Part shown: positions 10,061 to 20,193 of the stretch, in pieces
How positions within the stretch are numbered: position 1 is the stretch's first letter
Layout of the letters: the number at the start of each line of letters is the position of its first letter
Assembly (NCBI GenBank): GCA_045560535.1
Contig: JBJKZF010000002.1
Span: 10,945 to 74,944 of the forward strand
DNA: 64,000 bases
Source: Porticoccaceae bacterium
GTDB taxonomy: Bacteria; Pseudomonadota; Gammaproteobacteria; Pseudomonadales; Porticoccaceae
Direction: 5' to 3'
Program-made: the position numbers and the translations under genes
Notes under the pieces: generated by a model
Told to the model about the DNA's origin: nothing
What the model saw: the letters and a program-made list of their open reading frames with translations, nothing else
The model's database searches: none

Positions 10061-11146
10061 TTAGTCTGTCAGGACTATTTCAGGAACTGGAAATCCATTG
10101 AAGTCACAAGCGCAGGTGGTGCAATAGGCGCCAAGATTTGGCACAAAAAGAATGTCTTCAACTTCGATATTCGATGGCAAAGCATGATCACCCAACACAT
10201 CGACAGAGTCGCACGTTGGGCCAGCGAGAGTCCAGGGCTCTACCTTGCCAGTCCTTTGACTAACTATTTTTAAAGGGAACTTCTGAGCTACCTCCAACAG
10301 ACCGCCATAGAAGCCAGTGTCAAGATATAGCCAGCGCTTATCGTCCCGAGTCGCTAGACCTACAGCCTGAGTAATTAAGCAGCCAGCTGAACCTACTAAG
10401 AAACGACCCGGCTCTCCCATGATCTGTATAGATTCTGGGATAGATTTGAGCTCCTCATTAATTATCTTGCCAATCTCCTCGATTGTCGGATCTTCGGGGG
10501 ATAGAAGCAGAGGATATCCCCCTCCTATGTTTAATAGCTCAGGTGTCCAGCCATTATCCTCAAGCGTACCAAACAGCTCTCTTACCGCGCTGATGCCCTT
10601 TGTCCAGTTGCTAATATTGTTGCATTGCGAACCCACGTGGAAGGTAGCGCCCGTAAGTGACATTCCATGCGTCTTGGCAGATTCTATTACGGCTGTAACT
10701 CCCGATGGCCTGGCCCCAAACTTTCCACACAGAGGCCATACAGAGCCTTCATTACTAACTTCGATCCGCAGGTAGAGTTTGGCCGCCGGATTGATTTTCG
10801 CGATCTTTTCAACTTCCTCAGGGGTATCAACAACGTACCATCTGATCCCTGCCTCTGTTGCCCGCCTCACTGAGGCGGGGGACTTGATAGGATTAGAATA
10901 AAAAACTGTCTCTATATTTACGTCGAGCTCGATCATCGCATCAATTTCAGCGATGGAGGCAACTTCAAAACAAAGGCCCTCCTCTTTGAAGATTCTCAAG
11001 ACCTCGCCATGGGGATTTGCCTTGACCGCGAAGTGTGGCCGAACTCTCGGCATTGCTGCTTTAAATCGACGGGCGTTATCTCGAAGCCGTGCCTCTGACA
11101 CCACCAGCATAGGGTCTTCATAGCTCTTCGTATGTAGTCGGCACAA
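10061..11146 (-). CDS. Type III PLP-dependent decarboxylase (ornithine/lysine/diaminopimelate decarboxylase family)
   Basis: FAVKANP (PLP lysine), GGGYP, EPGRFLV and CDSVD motifs. The annotated start is TTG. A possible N-terminal extension sits in another frame (10996..11235). Confidence 0.75.
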   Translation of the reverse strand: MCRLHTKSYEDPMLVVSEARLRDNARRFKAAMPRVRPHFAVKANPHGEVLRIFKEEGLCFEVASIAEIDAMIELDVNIETVFYSNPIKSPASVRRATEAGIRWYVVDTPEEVEKIAKINPAAKLYLRIEVSNEGSVWPLCGKFGARPSGVTAVIESAKTHGMSLTGATFHVGSQCNNISNWTKGISAVRELFGTLEDNGWTPELLNIGGGYPLLLSPEDPTIEEIGKIINEELKSIPESIQIMGEPGRFLVGSAGCLITQAVGLATRDDKRWLYLDTGFYGGLLEVAQKFPLKIVSQRTGKVEPWTLAGPTCDSVDVLGDHALPSNIEVEDILFVPNLGAYCTTCACDFNGFPVPEIVLTD

Positions 11147-11366
11147 AAGCTCATCTGCTCTCGAGTATCTTTCTCTAGGGCAATTCTCCTTTGCTCCTCC
11201 TGCCGTGAACCCATCTCTTTAAGTGCCAAGGCCATGATTTTTCTCTTTTTAAATATTAATGTTAAAGATGATAGTTTACATCTCTAAAATGTCATTTTGT
11301 ATTGAAATACTTATAAATTTGTATATTATTAATGCACAAAATATACTATAAAGCGATCAATTTGAT

Positions 11367-11795
11367 ATGAAAAAAGAAAAAGAACTCATAGCCTTACTAA
11401 GAGAAAATAGTCGGCGCTCTGTTTCAGACCTATCAAAGATATTAAAAATAAGTCGCGCGACTGTGCAGCAAGGAATGGACAATCTGGAACGTAAGGGGAT
11501 CATAGAAAGCTACACCATAAAAATTAATCCCCACCACCAACAGCAGCAAGTTAGCGCCTACATCATGATATCGATTGTCTCTCAAAATACGCCTGAAATT
11601 ACTCGCCAAATTCAAAAACTTAATCAGCTAGATATGCTGTGTACTATTAGCGGTCAATATGATTTGATGGCAATGGTGACCGAGGAGAGCACTGAGGCAT
11701 TGGATAGAGTTATTGACTCAATAGCAGCTCTTGAGGGGGTAGAAAAAACCTTAACTCACATCGTATTATCCAGAAAAAAGGATCGAATGCATTGA
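11367..11795 (+). CDS. Lrp/AsnC family transcriptional regulator
   Basis: 142 aa. N-terminal HTH (SVSDLSKILKISRATVQQGMDNLERKGII) and a C-terminal RAM/AsnC-type domain. Divergent from the decarboxylase. Confidence 0.8.
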   Translation: MKKEKELIALLRENSRRSVSDLSKILKISRATVQQGMDNLERKGIIESYTIKINPHHQQQQVSAYIMISIVSQNTPEITRQIQKLNQLDMLCTISGQYDLMAMVTEESTEALDRVIDSIAALEGVEKTLTHIVLSRKKDRMH

Positions 11796-11840
11796 ATCAA
11801 ATTTCAGCACCGATACTTCCCATAACATAGGTATACAACC

Positions 11841-13310
11841 ATGGATGAGCCCTCACGAGAAATCAAAAAACCTAGCCTTTTAGATGCAATCATTCCCGTG
11901 ATTTCACTCATAAGTATGCTCGCGGGCACTGTATATCTTTTCGGTCGCGATTCTTTTGGACCAAAAAATCAGGTCGCGCTCATTTTGGCAGCCGCAATTG
12001 CTGCTGTCATTGGCATTAAAAATGGACATACCTGGCGCGAAATTGAAAGGGGTATGATTGAGACAATTAGTATGTCACTCCAAGCCATTTTAATTCTTTT
12101 GATGGTTGGCGCTCTAATTGGGGCTTGGATTCTCTCAGGCACAGTCCCCAGTATGATCTATTACGGGGTCCAACTAATGTCACCAGACTACTTTTATCTG
12201 ACAGCCTGCTTAGTTTGTGCCCTTCTGGGTTTTAGTATTGGTAGTTCTTGGACAGTAGCCGGAACTCTTGGGATTGGCCTTATGGGAATTGCCGCTGCTC
12301 TTGATTTATCTCTTCCAATGAGCGCCGGAGCCATTATTTCAGGAGCCTACTTTGGTGACAAACTGTCTCCACTATCTGAGACGACTAATCTGGCGGCAGC
12401 GGTAACTAGTAATGATCTATTTGATCATATTCAGCATATGCTTTGGACCACTGTGCCTGCTATATTGATTACGCTTTTGATATTTTTTGTACTGGGCCTT
12501 GGTAATAATTCAGGCGTCGTTATAGAAGACATTATCAACCTTCAAAATGCAATGGATCAGGCCTTCCACATCAGTCCCTTAATGCTGATACCATTATTTG
12601 TTCTTCTTACCCTAGCAATAAAAAAACAGCCTGCTCTGTCTACTTTGATTAGTGGCACCGTGCTCGGCTGTATTTTCGCAGCCATCTTTCAATGGGATGC
12701 AGCAGTAGCTCTTGCCAGCGATTCAAACCTTCATCCTTTAGCTGCGATCTTTAAAGGTCTTTTTAGCACCATGTTCTTGGGCTATACCTCTGTTAGTGGA
12801 AACGAGTCACTTGACTCGCTTCTATCCAAGGGGGGCATGAGTAGCATGCTGACTACAATTGGCTTAGTGGTAAATGCAATGGCTTTTGGAGGTGCAATGG
12901 CTCGTACCGGATTACTGTCTCGACTTGTGGAGGCAGCTCTGAGTGGAGTTAGATCGGCTGGTGGCCTTATTACAGCAACCGTTGGCACCTGCATTGGCAC
13001 AAATATTTTAGCTGCTGATCAATATCTATCAATTGTTTTGCCTGGGCAGATGTTTGTTAAGTCTTATGAGGATCACGGGCTCAAGTCAATAAATTTATCA
13101 AGGACGCTTGAAGACTCAGGGACACTTACGTCGGCTCTAGTACCCTGGAACACCTGTGGAGCTTATATGTCAGCCACTTTAGGTATCAGTACCTTCTACT
13201 ATGCACCATTCGCATTTTTCAACATGCTATGCCCAGTCATAGCCATTATTTATGCTTTTTCACTAATCGCGGTGCCCAGTATTGAGGGAGCAAAACCTAT
13301 TAATAGCTGA
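11841..13310 (+). CDS. NhaC family Na+/H+ (or Na+/substrate) antiporter
   Basis: 489-aa polytopic membrane protein with the LLSKGGMSSMLTT segment typical of NhaC-type transporters. Confidence 0.65.
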   Translation: MDEPSREIKKPSLLDAIIPVISLISMLAGTVYLFGRDSFGPKNQVALILAAAIAAVIGIKNGHTWREIERGMIETISMSLQAILILLMVGALIGAWILSGTVPSMIYYGVQLMSPDYFYLTACLVCALLGFSIGSSWTVAGTLGIGLMGIAAALDLSLPMSAGAIISGAYFGDKLSPLSETTNLAAAVTSNDLFDHIQHMLWTTVPAILITLLIFFVLGLGNNSGVVIEDIINLQNAMDQAFHISPLMLIPLFVLLTLAIKKQPALSTLISGTVLGCIFAAIFQWDAAVALASDSNLHPLAAIFKGLFSTMFLGYTSVSGNESLDSLLSKGGMSSMLTTIGLVVNAMAFGGAMARTGLLSRLVEAALSGVRSAGGLITATVGTCIGTNILAADQYLSIVLPGQMFVKSYEDHGLKSINLSRTLEDSGTLTSALVPWNTCGAYMSATLGISTFYYAPFAFFNMLCPVIAIIYAFSLIAVPSIEGAKPINS

Positions 13311-13319
13311 AGAATCATC

Positions 13320-14213
13320 ATGCATAAATACCTTATAACCTCACTTTTTTTGATTTGGAGTATGTCCGCTAACTGCTCAGATCTTTTTAGCGATCAATTT
13401 GACGGTGAAAGAGCGCTCAAGCATATTCAAAATCAGATCGAATTTGGCCCTAGAATATTGTCAAATCCGGAGGCTAAAAAACAGACTCTTGACTACATGG
13501 AGGAACATCTCAGACCCTTTGCAACTCGTACCACACGTCAGTCTTTTTCATTCAAGGACCTCGAAGGTGTTAATCTCTGGGCAACCTTTGTAAGTGACCA
13601 TCAAAATGCGAATCAAAATAGACTGATGCTCGGCGCGCACTGGGATACAAGACCAATATCTGAGAAAGAGAGCGATCATAATAAACGAGGCCAACCAACT
13701 TTAGGTGCAAATGATGGCGCCTCTGGTGTCGCGGTTTTACTGGAGCTGGCACGTATATTTGCACTTAATCCACCCCCAGTAACCGTGGATCTAATTTTCT
13801 TCGATTTGGAGGATATGGGAAATATTGACGGTCTCAAATTTGCTATAGGCTCACATCAATTTGTGAAAAAGAATTCATTCTACCGTCCAAGTGGCGGAGT
13901 TATCCTCGATATGGTGTGTGATAAAAATTTGGAGATACCAAAGGAGCTCTACTCTAAAAATCAGGCGAAGAATCTCATGGATCGAATTTGGCATATCGCT
14001 GAAAAGCAAAATGCCAAAGCCTTCTTAAAGACAGACGGGACATTTATAACAGACGACCACCTACCCTTTTTAAAAGTTGGGATCCCTGTCGTTGACTTAA
14101 TCCACTATCCTTTCCCCGACTACTGGCACACAACCAGAGACACTCTGGATAAGTGCAACAGTTACAGCTTGGAGACTGTTGGAAAAGTGGTCGCTAGCCT
14201 TGTTTATGACTAA
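13320..14213 (+). CDS. M28 family peptidase / glutaminyl-peptide cyclotransferase-like, exported
   Basis: Signal peptide. Metal-site motifs GAHWDTRP, GANDGASGVAVLLELAR, FFDLEDMG and YWHTTRDT. Confidence 0.65.
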   Translation: MHKYLITSLFLIWSMSANCSDLFSDQFDGERALKHIQNQIEFGPRILSNPEAKKQTLDYMEEHLRPFATRTTRQSFSFKDLEGVNLWATFVSDHQNANQNRLMLGAHWDTRPISEKESDHNKRGQPTLGANDGASGVAVLLELARIFALNPPPVTVDLIFFDLEDMGNIDGLKFAIGSHQFVKKNSFYRPSGGVILDMVCDKNLEIPKELYSKNQAKNLMDRIWHIAEKQNAKAFLKTDGTFITDDHLPFLKVGIPVVDLIHYPFPDYWHTTRDTLDKCNSYSLETVGKVVASLVYD

Positions 14214-14231
14214 TCTGTACTAAAATATTAA

Positions 14232-15359
14232 TCAAATAACTGACCGCAGAGAATTGAGACAAAACTCCACATTTTTCTGCGTGCTAGCATGCCCCATAAG
14301 ACCTATTCGCCAAACCTTTCCCGCCAACTCCCCAAGACCTGCACCAATTTCAAGACTATATTCTTGAAGTAGTCGTGAACGGATAGCTGCGTCATCAACG
14401 CCCTCTGGTATGGTAACTGCATTTAACTGAGGGAGACGATCTCCCTCGGGAACAATAAAATTAATTCCCATCTTCTCCAAACCCGAGCGAAGTGTTAGGT
14501 GATTCTGGTAGTGACGATCCCAAGAATTCTCAAGGCCTTCCTCCTGAACAATGACCAAGGACTCATGCAGACCATATAGACAATTTACCGGAGCCGTGTG
14601 GTGGTAGGCTCTTTTGCCATCACCCCCCCAGTAGCCCATAACCAAGTTAAGATCTAAGAACCAGCTCTGTACCTTAGTCTTTCGTCGTTTGATTTTATCT
14701 GCAGCTCTCTCACTAAAACTCACTGGAGATAAACCTGGGGATGATGATAGGCACTTCTGAGAACCTGAATAGATGGCATCTATCTCCCATTCATCGACCT
14801 TCAGCGGAGTGCCTGCAAGACTCGTTACCGAATCTACGATAGCTAGGCAATTATATTTGTGAGCTATCTCTACCAAGGACTTTGCATCTGATTGCGCTCC
14901 AGTCGAGGTCTCAGCATGCACGAATGCGACTATTTGAGCGTCTCTATGAGAGCTCAGAGCGTCCTCCAGCTTGGCGGAATCAACGGCAGTGCCCCAGGCA
15001 TCCTGCACCATGACAGGGACTCCACCACAGCGTTCCACGTTCTCTTTCATCCTTCCACCAAAGACGCCATTCTGACACACGATCACCTTATCTCCGGGCT
15101 CTACGAGATTAGCAAAACAGCACTCCATGCCCGCCGATCCGGGCGCCGACACGGCAAAGGTCAGCTCATTTTTCGTTTGAAAAACATACTGGAGCAACTG
15201 CTTAGTCTGATCCATCATTTCAATAAAGGTTGGGTCAAGATGTCCCACTGTTGGTCTTGCCATAGCGGCCAAAACCCGATCACTCACATCTGAGGGACCA
15301 GGTCCCATAAGAGTGCGTCGCGGAGGGTTAAATGAGGTAATAGTCATGTGCATATCCAA
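14232..15359 (-). CDS. Class V aminotransferase (alanine-glyoxylate / serine-pyruvate aminotransferase type)
   Basis: LMGPGPS N-terminal motif and the SGSQKCL PLP-lysine motif. Length 375 aa. Confidence 0.8.
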   Translation of the reverse strand: MDMHMTITSFNPPRRTLMGPGPSDVSDRVLAAMARPTVGHLDPTFIEMMDQTKQLLQYVFQTKNELTFAVSAPGSAGMECCFANLVEPGDKVIVCQNGVFGGRMKENVERCGGVPVMVQDAWGTAVDSAKLEDALSSHRDAQIVAFVHAETSTGAQSDAKSLVEIAHKYNCLAIVDSVTSLAGTPLKVDEWEIDAIYSGSQKCLSSSPGLSPVSFSERAADKIKRRKTKVQSWFLDLNLVMGYWGGDGKRAYHHTAPVNCLYGLHESLVIVQEEGLENSWDRHYQNHLTLRSGLEKMGINFIVPEGDRLPQLNAVTIPEGVDDAAIRSRLLQEYSLEIGAGLGELAGKVWRIGLMGHASTQKNVEFCLNSLRSVI

Positions 15360-15394
15360 GAATAATTGAATGTAAAATTTATACGAATTATGAG

Positions 15395-16591
15395 CTAAAC
15401 TGAATCTGTTACAACTCTACTGGTTTTTAGATCAGAAATTTCGTTATTAGTGAGCCCAATGCTCTCAAGAATTTCATCAGTATGCGATGCCACATTAGGT
15501 CCAGCCCAATCAGTTCCTCCAGGTGTATCTGCAAGCTTTGGCATAATCGCTGGAATTTTTAGTGGTTCGCCGTTTATCTCTACTTGTTCAAACAACCCTC
15601 GCGCATTAAAATGCTCATCGCTCATCATATCAACCACGCTATATACTGGGCCACATGGAACTTTATCTCTTTCAAGTATAGCCATCGCATTTTCAAGAGA
15701 ATGTTGTGAGCACCACGAAGCCAGTATCTGATCTATCTCAGCTTCATGGGCTACGCGCTTAAGGTTACTGTTATATTCGCTGCTAAGAGCTAGATCATCT
15801 CGGCCTATGGCGGTCATCAGTCGAGAAAAAATCGAATCTCCATTTCCTCCAATCACTAAGAATTTTCCATCAGCACATTTATAGGTATTCGTGGGAACAA
15901 TTCCAGTTACAGTCGTACCAGAAGGCTGACGAATAACATTAGCCCCGTCATATTCTGGAACTACAGCCTCTAGTAAGTTAAACATTGACTCATAAAGCGC
16001 AACATCAACAACCTGACCATTGGAATTTCCCTTATCTCTGGACCACAGCGCCATCATGATACCTATCACTGCATGCATCCCCGATACAGTATCACCGATG
16101 CTTAAATTAGGCCTTACTGGCGCCTGATTCGGGTGGCCATTCACATATCTGAATCCACTTATTGCCTCGCAGGCAGAGGCAAAACCGGGCTTCTCTGAAT
16201 AGGGACCCGTTTGACCGTAGCCAGAAATTCGAGCATAGATAAGTTTAGGATTCTCACCTTTCAAGCTCCCTTGGTCCAGCCCCCAGTCTTCCAAGACACC
16301 AGGCCTAAAATTTTCAATCACAACGTCAGCTGATTCTAGCAATTTCCTTACTACACCCCTTCCCTGCTCAGTTTTTAAATCAAGAGAGATGCATTTTTTA
16401 TTCCGCCCAAGACTTCTCCACCAAAGAGAGGTACCGTCCTTTACTTCCCTCCATTGTCTTATTGGATCGCCACCAGGAGGTTCTACCTTAATAACCTCAG
16501 CACCAAAATATCCTAACATACACCCTGCGAAAGGACCCGCAAGGAGCTGTCCCAACTCTATAACTCTTAATCCGTCTAAAGGCCTGCTCAT
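15395..16591 (-). CDS. Family III CoA-transferase (CaiB/BaiF type)
   Basis: GLRVIELGQLLAGPFAGCMLGYFGAEVIKVEPPGGDP N-terminal signature. Length 398 aa. Confidence 0.85.
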   Translation of the reverse strand: MSRPLDGLRVIELGQLLAGPFAGCMLGYFGAEVIKVEPPGGDPIRQWREVKDGTSLWWRSLGRNKKCISLDLKTEQGRGVVRKLLESADVVIENFRPGVLEDWGLDQGSLKGENPKLIYARISGYGQTGPYSEKPGFASACEAISGFRYVNGHPNQAPVRPNLSIGDTVSGMHAVIGIMMALWSRDKGNSNGQVVDVALYESMFNLLEAVVPEYDGANVIRQPSGTTVTGIVPTNTYKCADGKFLVIGGNGDSIFSRLMTAIGRDDLALSSEYNSNLKRVAHEAEIDQILASWCSQHSLENAMAILERDKVPCGPVYSVVDMMSDEHFNARGLFEQVEINGEPLKIPAIMPKLADTPGGTDWAGPNVASHTDEILESIGLTNNEISDLKTSRVVTDSV

Positions 16592-16767
16592 AAACTATTA
16601 TCAGCTCTTCAAATTTGCTTGATATTACCACTAAAATAGGGACTTCTAATATGGTTTTACTCTGGTTGGCGATCTATTATAGATTTTATTAAACCGCAGA
16701 ATTTGAGGTATAGTTCTATTCTGACGCGTATAGTTTTCGCCAACCAACTCTGACTTATGGTGTTTTT

Positions 16768-19575
16768 ATGCTCCGCTCGATATTAATTTTATTTCTGTTC
16801 GGCATTGCCGCTTGCACTAACATTTCATCTGCAAATAAATCTGAGCTTCTCGCGAGTGACTCTCAACCAAGTAATCAAGGTGACTTGAGTGGCGTTGAAG
16901 AACTCAGAACAATAGAAGGTATTACAGAGTATCGCTTATCAAATGGACTTCAAGTCCTCCTCTTTCCAGATCCTTCTCAGGAAACTATTACCGTTAATAT
17001 TACTTACAGAGTGGGGTCGAAGCACGAGAATTATGGTGAAACGGGAATGGCTCACCTTTTAGAGCATCTGGTCTTCAAGGGTACCCCTCGGCACAAAGAC
17101 ATACCCAAAGAACTCACTGATCACGGCGCTGAGCCAAATGGCACGACCTGGACCGATCGCACGAATTACTTTGAAACATTCTCGGCAAATGACGAAAACC
17201 TAAATTGGGCTTTAGATCTTGAAGCAGATCGCATGGTGAATTCTTTCATTGCAAAAAAAGATCTTGATAGTGAAATGACCGTCGTCAGAAACGAACTAGA
17301 AAACGGCGAAAATAGTCCGTTTCGTGTGCTAATTCAAAGAATGCTTGCAGCTAGTTTTGACTGGCATAACTATGGGAAAAGTACAATTGGAGCAAGGTCT
17401 GATCTGGAAAATGTGAGGATTGAGAATTTAAAAGCTTTTTATAAAAAGTACTACCAACCTGATAATGCGACTCTAGTTGTCGCTGGGAAAATTGATCAGA
17501 CTAAAACGATTGAATTAGTCAACAAGTACTTCTCCAAAATCAGTCGCCCTCAAAGAGAACTGCAAGAGCTCTACACTGAAGAGCCTGTACAAGATGGGGA
17601 AAGACAAGTCACCATTCGTCGTACAGGCGATGTTCAATTAGTGGCAAGCATGTACAGAACGCCAGCCGGCTTTGATCCTGATTACCCAGCTACTGCTGTG
17701 CTCACTAATGTCCTAGCTGATCCAACCTCAGGTCGCCTCCACAAAGCGTTAGTAAAAAATAAGTTGGCCGCTAGCTCCTCCGGTTTCAGTTTTCAGTGGG
17801 GAGAGCCTGGTGTTGCAATCTTTTTAGCTGAGGTTGGAAAAGGAAAGGACATAGAATCAACTAAAACCGCCCTACTAAGTACTCTTGAAGATTTTGGTAC
17901 CCCTATTACTGATGAGGAGGTTGCTCGAGCCAAGGCGAAGTTATTAAAACAAGTCGAATTAAGCTTCACCTCCTCACAAAGCATTGCTCTTGAATTGTCC
18001 GAGTGGATTGGTATGGGCGACTGGCGTCTGATGTTTTTAGCACGTGACGGTTTAGAGCAAGTTACGGCAGACGCAGTGCGAAAAGCCGCCTCAGAATACC
18101 TTGTAAATGACAACAGAACTCTGGGTTTATTCATTCCCGAGGAGTCGCCAAATCGAGCAGACAGCATTGTCAGAATGAAGCAAGCCGATATAAAAGATAT
18201 GGTCGCAAATTACGAAGGTAGGAAAGATATCGCTCAAGGAGAAAATTTTGATCCCTCTCATGACAATATCGATGCTCGTTCTATCACTAAGGTTCTTGAT
18301 AATGGCTCTAAAATTACTTACCTATCTAAAAAGACTCGCGGCAAATCTGTAGTTGCAAGATTAAGCTTTGACTTTGGTAATGAAAAAGCTCTATCTGGAC
18401 AGTCAGTCATAGGCAGCATGGCGATGAGCATGCTGTCTAGAGGCTCAGAAAAAATGTCTCGAGAGGAATTGCAGGCGGCATTCGATAAGTTGAATGCGAG
18501 TGTGAGTATCGGAGGAGGCTCTACTGGGGCTGGAGTAAGTATTTTAACTACCCGAGATAATTTATCAGCGGTGTTAAATTTAGTAGAAGAGGCAATGAAA
18601 AGCCCAACGTTTGATCCTTCAGAACTTCAGATATTAAAAGAAGAAATGATTGTTGCTCTAGAGCAGGAAAAACAACAACCAACGTCTCGAGTATTCCGAG
18701 AACTCGAAGACCATTTAAGCGCTTATGAGCCCGGTCATCCTTATTACCAAATGAGTATTGATGATGAAATCAGAGAAGTTGAGCGGATAGCTGCGAAAGA
18801 TCTAGTTACCTTTTATGAGACATTTGTTTCAGCTGAAAATGCAGAGGCCGCTATTGTTGGAGACTTTGATATAACCTCTGTGAATAGCACACTCAACGAG
18901 TTTTTTGGCTCTTGGAATGTAGATATGCCCTATGAACGGATCAAAACAAGGGTGTCAGATGTTTCCAGTATAAATCGCTTTATAGATACTCCAGATAAGG
19001 CAGGTGCTGCATTTGGTGCAATGTATACATTCCCTCTAAGGGATGACCATCCAGACTATCCTGCACTGGAAATGGCTAATCAGATGTTTGGAGGTGGCTT
19101 TATCAGCAGTAGGCTAGCTAAGCGATTAAGGCAGAAGGATGGACTGAGCTATGGGGCTAGGTCTTTTTTCAGCGTCGGATCCTATGACAAAAATGCAACA
19201 TTTGGTGCCTACGCAATTTGTGCTCCAGAGAATCTTGAAAAAGTTGAAATCGGGTTTAAAGAGGAATTTTTGAGAGTTATTGATGATGGATTTACTGAGC
19301 AAGAGCTAGATGATGCTAGAGAAGGTGTTCTTCAAAATACTCGAATAGATCGCGCGAAGGATAATAGGTTGGTTAGAACGCTTGCAAGTAACATCGATTT
19401 GAATCGTACAATGCAGTGGGATAAAGCGTACGAAGAGTCTATCCGAAACCTTAGCATAGAAGAGGTCAATGCTGCCTTTAGACGACATTTTTCCTTAGAT
19501 AAATTTTCGATTATTAAAGCTGGCGATCAAGCCAAAATTGACGAGGCCAAGCCCGGAAATTCTGACAAAATCTGA
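16768..19575 (+). CDS. M16 (pitrilysin/insulinase) family zinc peptidase, double-length PqqL-like, lipoprotein-type signal
   Basis: HLLEHLVFKG (HxxEH) in the first half and a second, inactive M16 repeat. N-terminal LFGIAAC lipobox-like signal. Confidence 0.85.
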   Translation: MLRSILILFLFGIAACTNISSANKSELLASDSQPSNQGDLSGVEELRTIEGITEYRLSNGLQVLLFPDPSQETITVNITYRVGSKHENYGETGMAHLLEHLVFKGTPRHKDIPKELTDHGAEPNGTTWTDRTNYFETFSANDENLNWALDLEADRMVNSFIAKKDLDSEMTVVRNELENGENSPFRVLIQRMLAASFDWHNYGKSTIGARSDLENVRIENLKAFYKKYYQPDNATLVVAGKIDQTKTIELVNKYFSKISRPQRELQELYTEEPVQDGERQVTIRRTGDVQLVASMYRTPAGFDPDYPATAVLTNVLADPTSGRLHKALVKNKLAASSSGFSFQWGEPGVAIFLAEVGKGKDIESTKTALLSTLEDFGTPITDEEVARAKAKLLKQVELSFTSSQSIALELSEWIGMGDWRLMFLARDGLEQVTADAVRKAASEYLVNDNRTLGLFIPEESPNRADSIVRMKQADIKDMVANYEGRKDIAQGENFDPSHDNIDARSITKVLDNGSKITYLSKKTRGKSVVARLSFDFGNEKALSGQSVIGSMAMSMLSRGSEKMSREELQAAFDKLNASVSIGGGSTGAGVSILTTRDNLSAVLNLVEEAMKSPTFDPSELQILKEEMIVALEQEKQQPTSRVFRELEDHLSAYEPGHPYYQMSIDDEIREVERIAAKDLVTFYETFVSAENAEAAIVGDFDITSVNSTLNEFFGSWNVDMPYERIKTRVSDVSSINRFIDTPDKAGAAFGAMYTFPLRDDHPDYPALEMANQMFGGGFISSRLAKRLRQKDGLSYGARSFFSVGSYDKNATFGAYAICAPENLEKVEIGFKEEFLRVIDDGFTEQELDDAREGVLQNTRIDRAKDNRLVRTLASNIDLNRTMQWDKAYEESIRNLSIEEVNAAFRRHFSLDKFSIIKAGDQAKIDEAKPGNSDKI

Positions 19576-19650
19576 CTGCAAAGGACATAGAAATTGCGTA
19601 GGCTCACCGAGTGCGCCTATGAAAATCCTCTTTTTATCATAGACAGAACA

Positions 19651-19950
19651 TTACCAGCAGTAGAAGCCTCGACAATAATAAAATCGATTGTGAAGAGAAT
19701 CCCTGGAATTTCTGGTTCTAAGGGCATCTGTGTTTTTTTCCTGCGCTCTTATTGACTTAAGTGTCAATCGGCAACCACCATAGGCCTCAGTATCCTCAGT
19801 AAAACCAAAGGAGATGCACTCCTCGTGATCAATTTGATCCAATGCTGCCTGCTGTTCTTTTTTTCGTTCCTCTATGACATCCAAAGATGCGCACGAGGTT
19901 AACGAGAAGATCAGTAAAATACCTAAGACGTTTCTTGCTAATATTTTCAT
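19651..19950 (-). CDS. Small lipoprotein, function unknown
   Basis: Signal peptide ending in an LTSC lipobox, plus the Cys-containing motif ECISFGFTEDTEAYGGC. Confidence 0.5.
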   Translation of the reverse strand: MKILARNVLGILLIFSLTSCASLDVIEERKKEQQAALDQIDHEECISFGFTEDTEAYGGCRLTLKSIRAQEKNTDALRTRNSRDSLHNRFYYCRGFYCW

Positions 19951-20193
19951 GGATATTATCTCTTGCTAACACATTAAAAAGCTATCGATCACAAACCGCT
20001 TTCACACAACTAACTGTTATACGTCTATTTAGCAACTAATGGTACAAAATTCTGTTGCACATGCAAACATCAGAAATTTGTCGTGATGTGATTGCATTAT
20101 TTTTTTAAATGATTAGAGTAATCTTTGCGACCTGAATACTTGTCACAAATCTTACAATACACGAATTAAAATCTGGTTTGATGGAATTTTAGT

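Noticed and set aside
10996-11235. 79-aa ORF as an independent gene
   Set aside because: It overlaps the decarboxylase 5' end by 150 nt. It is better explained as untranslated leader or as a displaced N-terminal extension of the decarboxylase.
14232-16591. The aminotransferase plus family III CoA-transferase pair as a novel pathway
   Set aside because: Both belong to very broad families. Two adjacent genes without substrate-defining partners do not support any specific claim.
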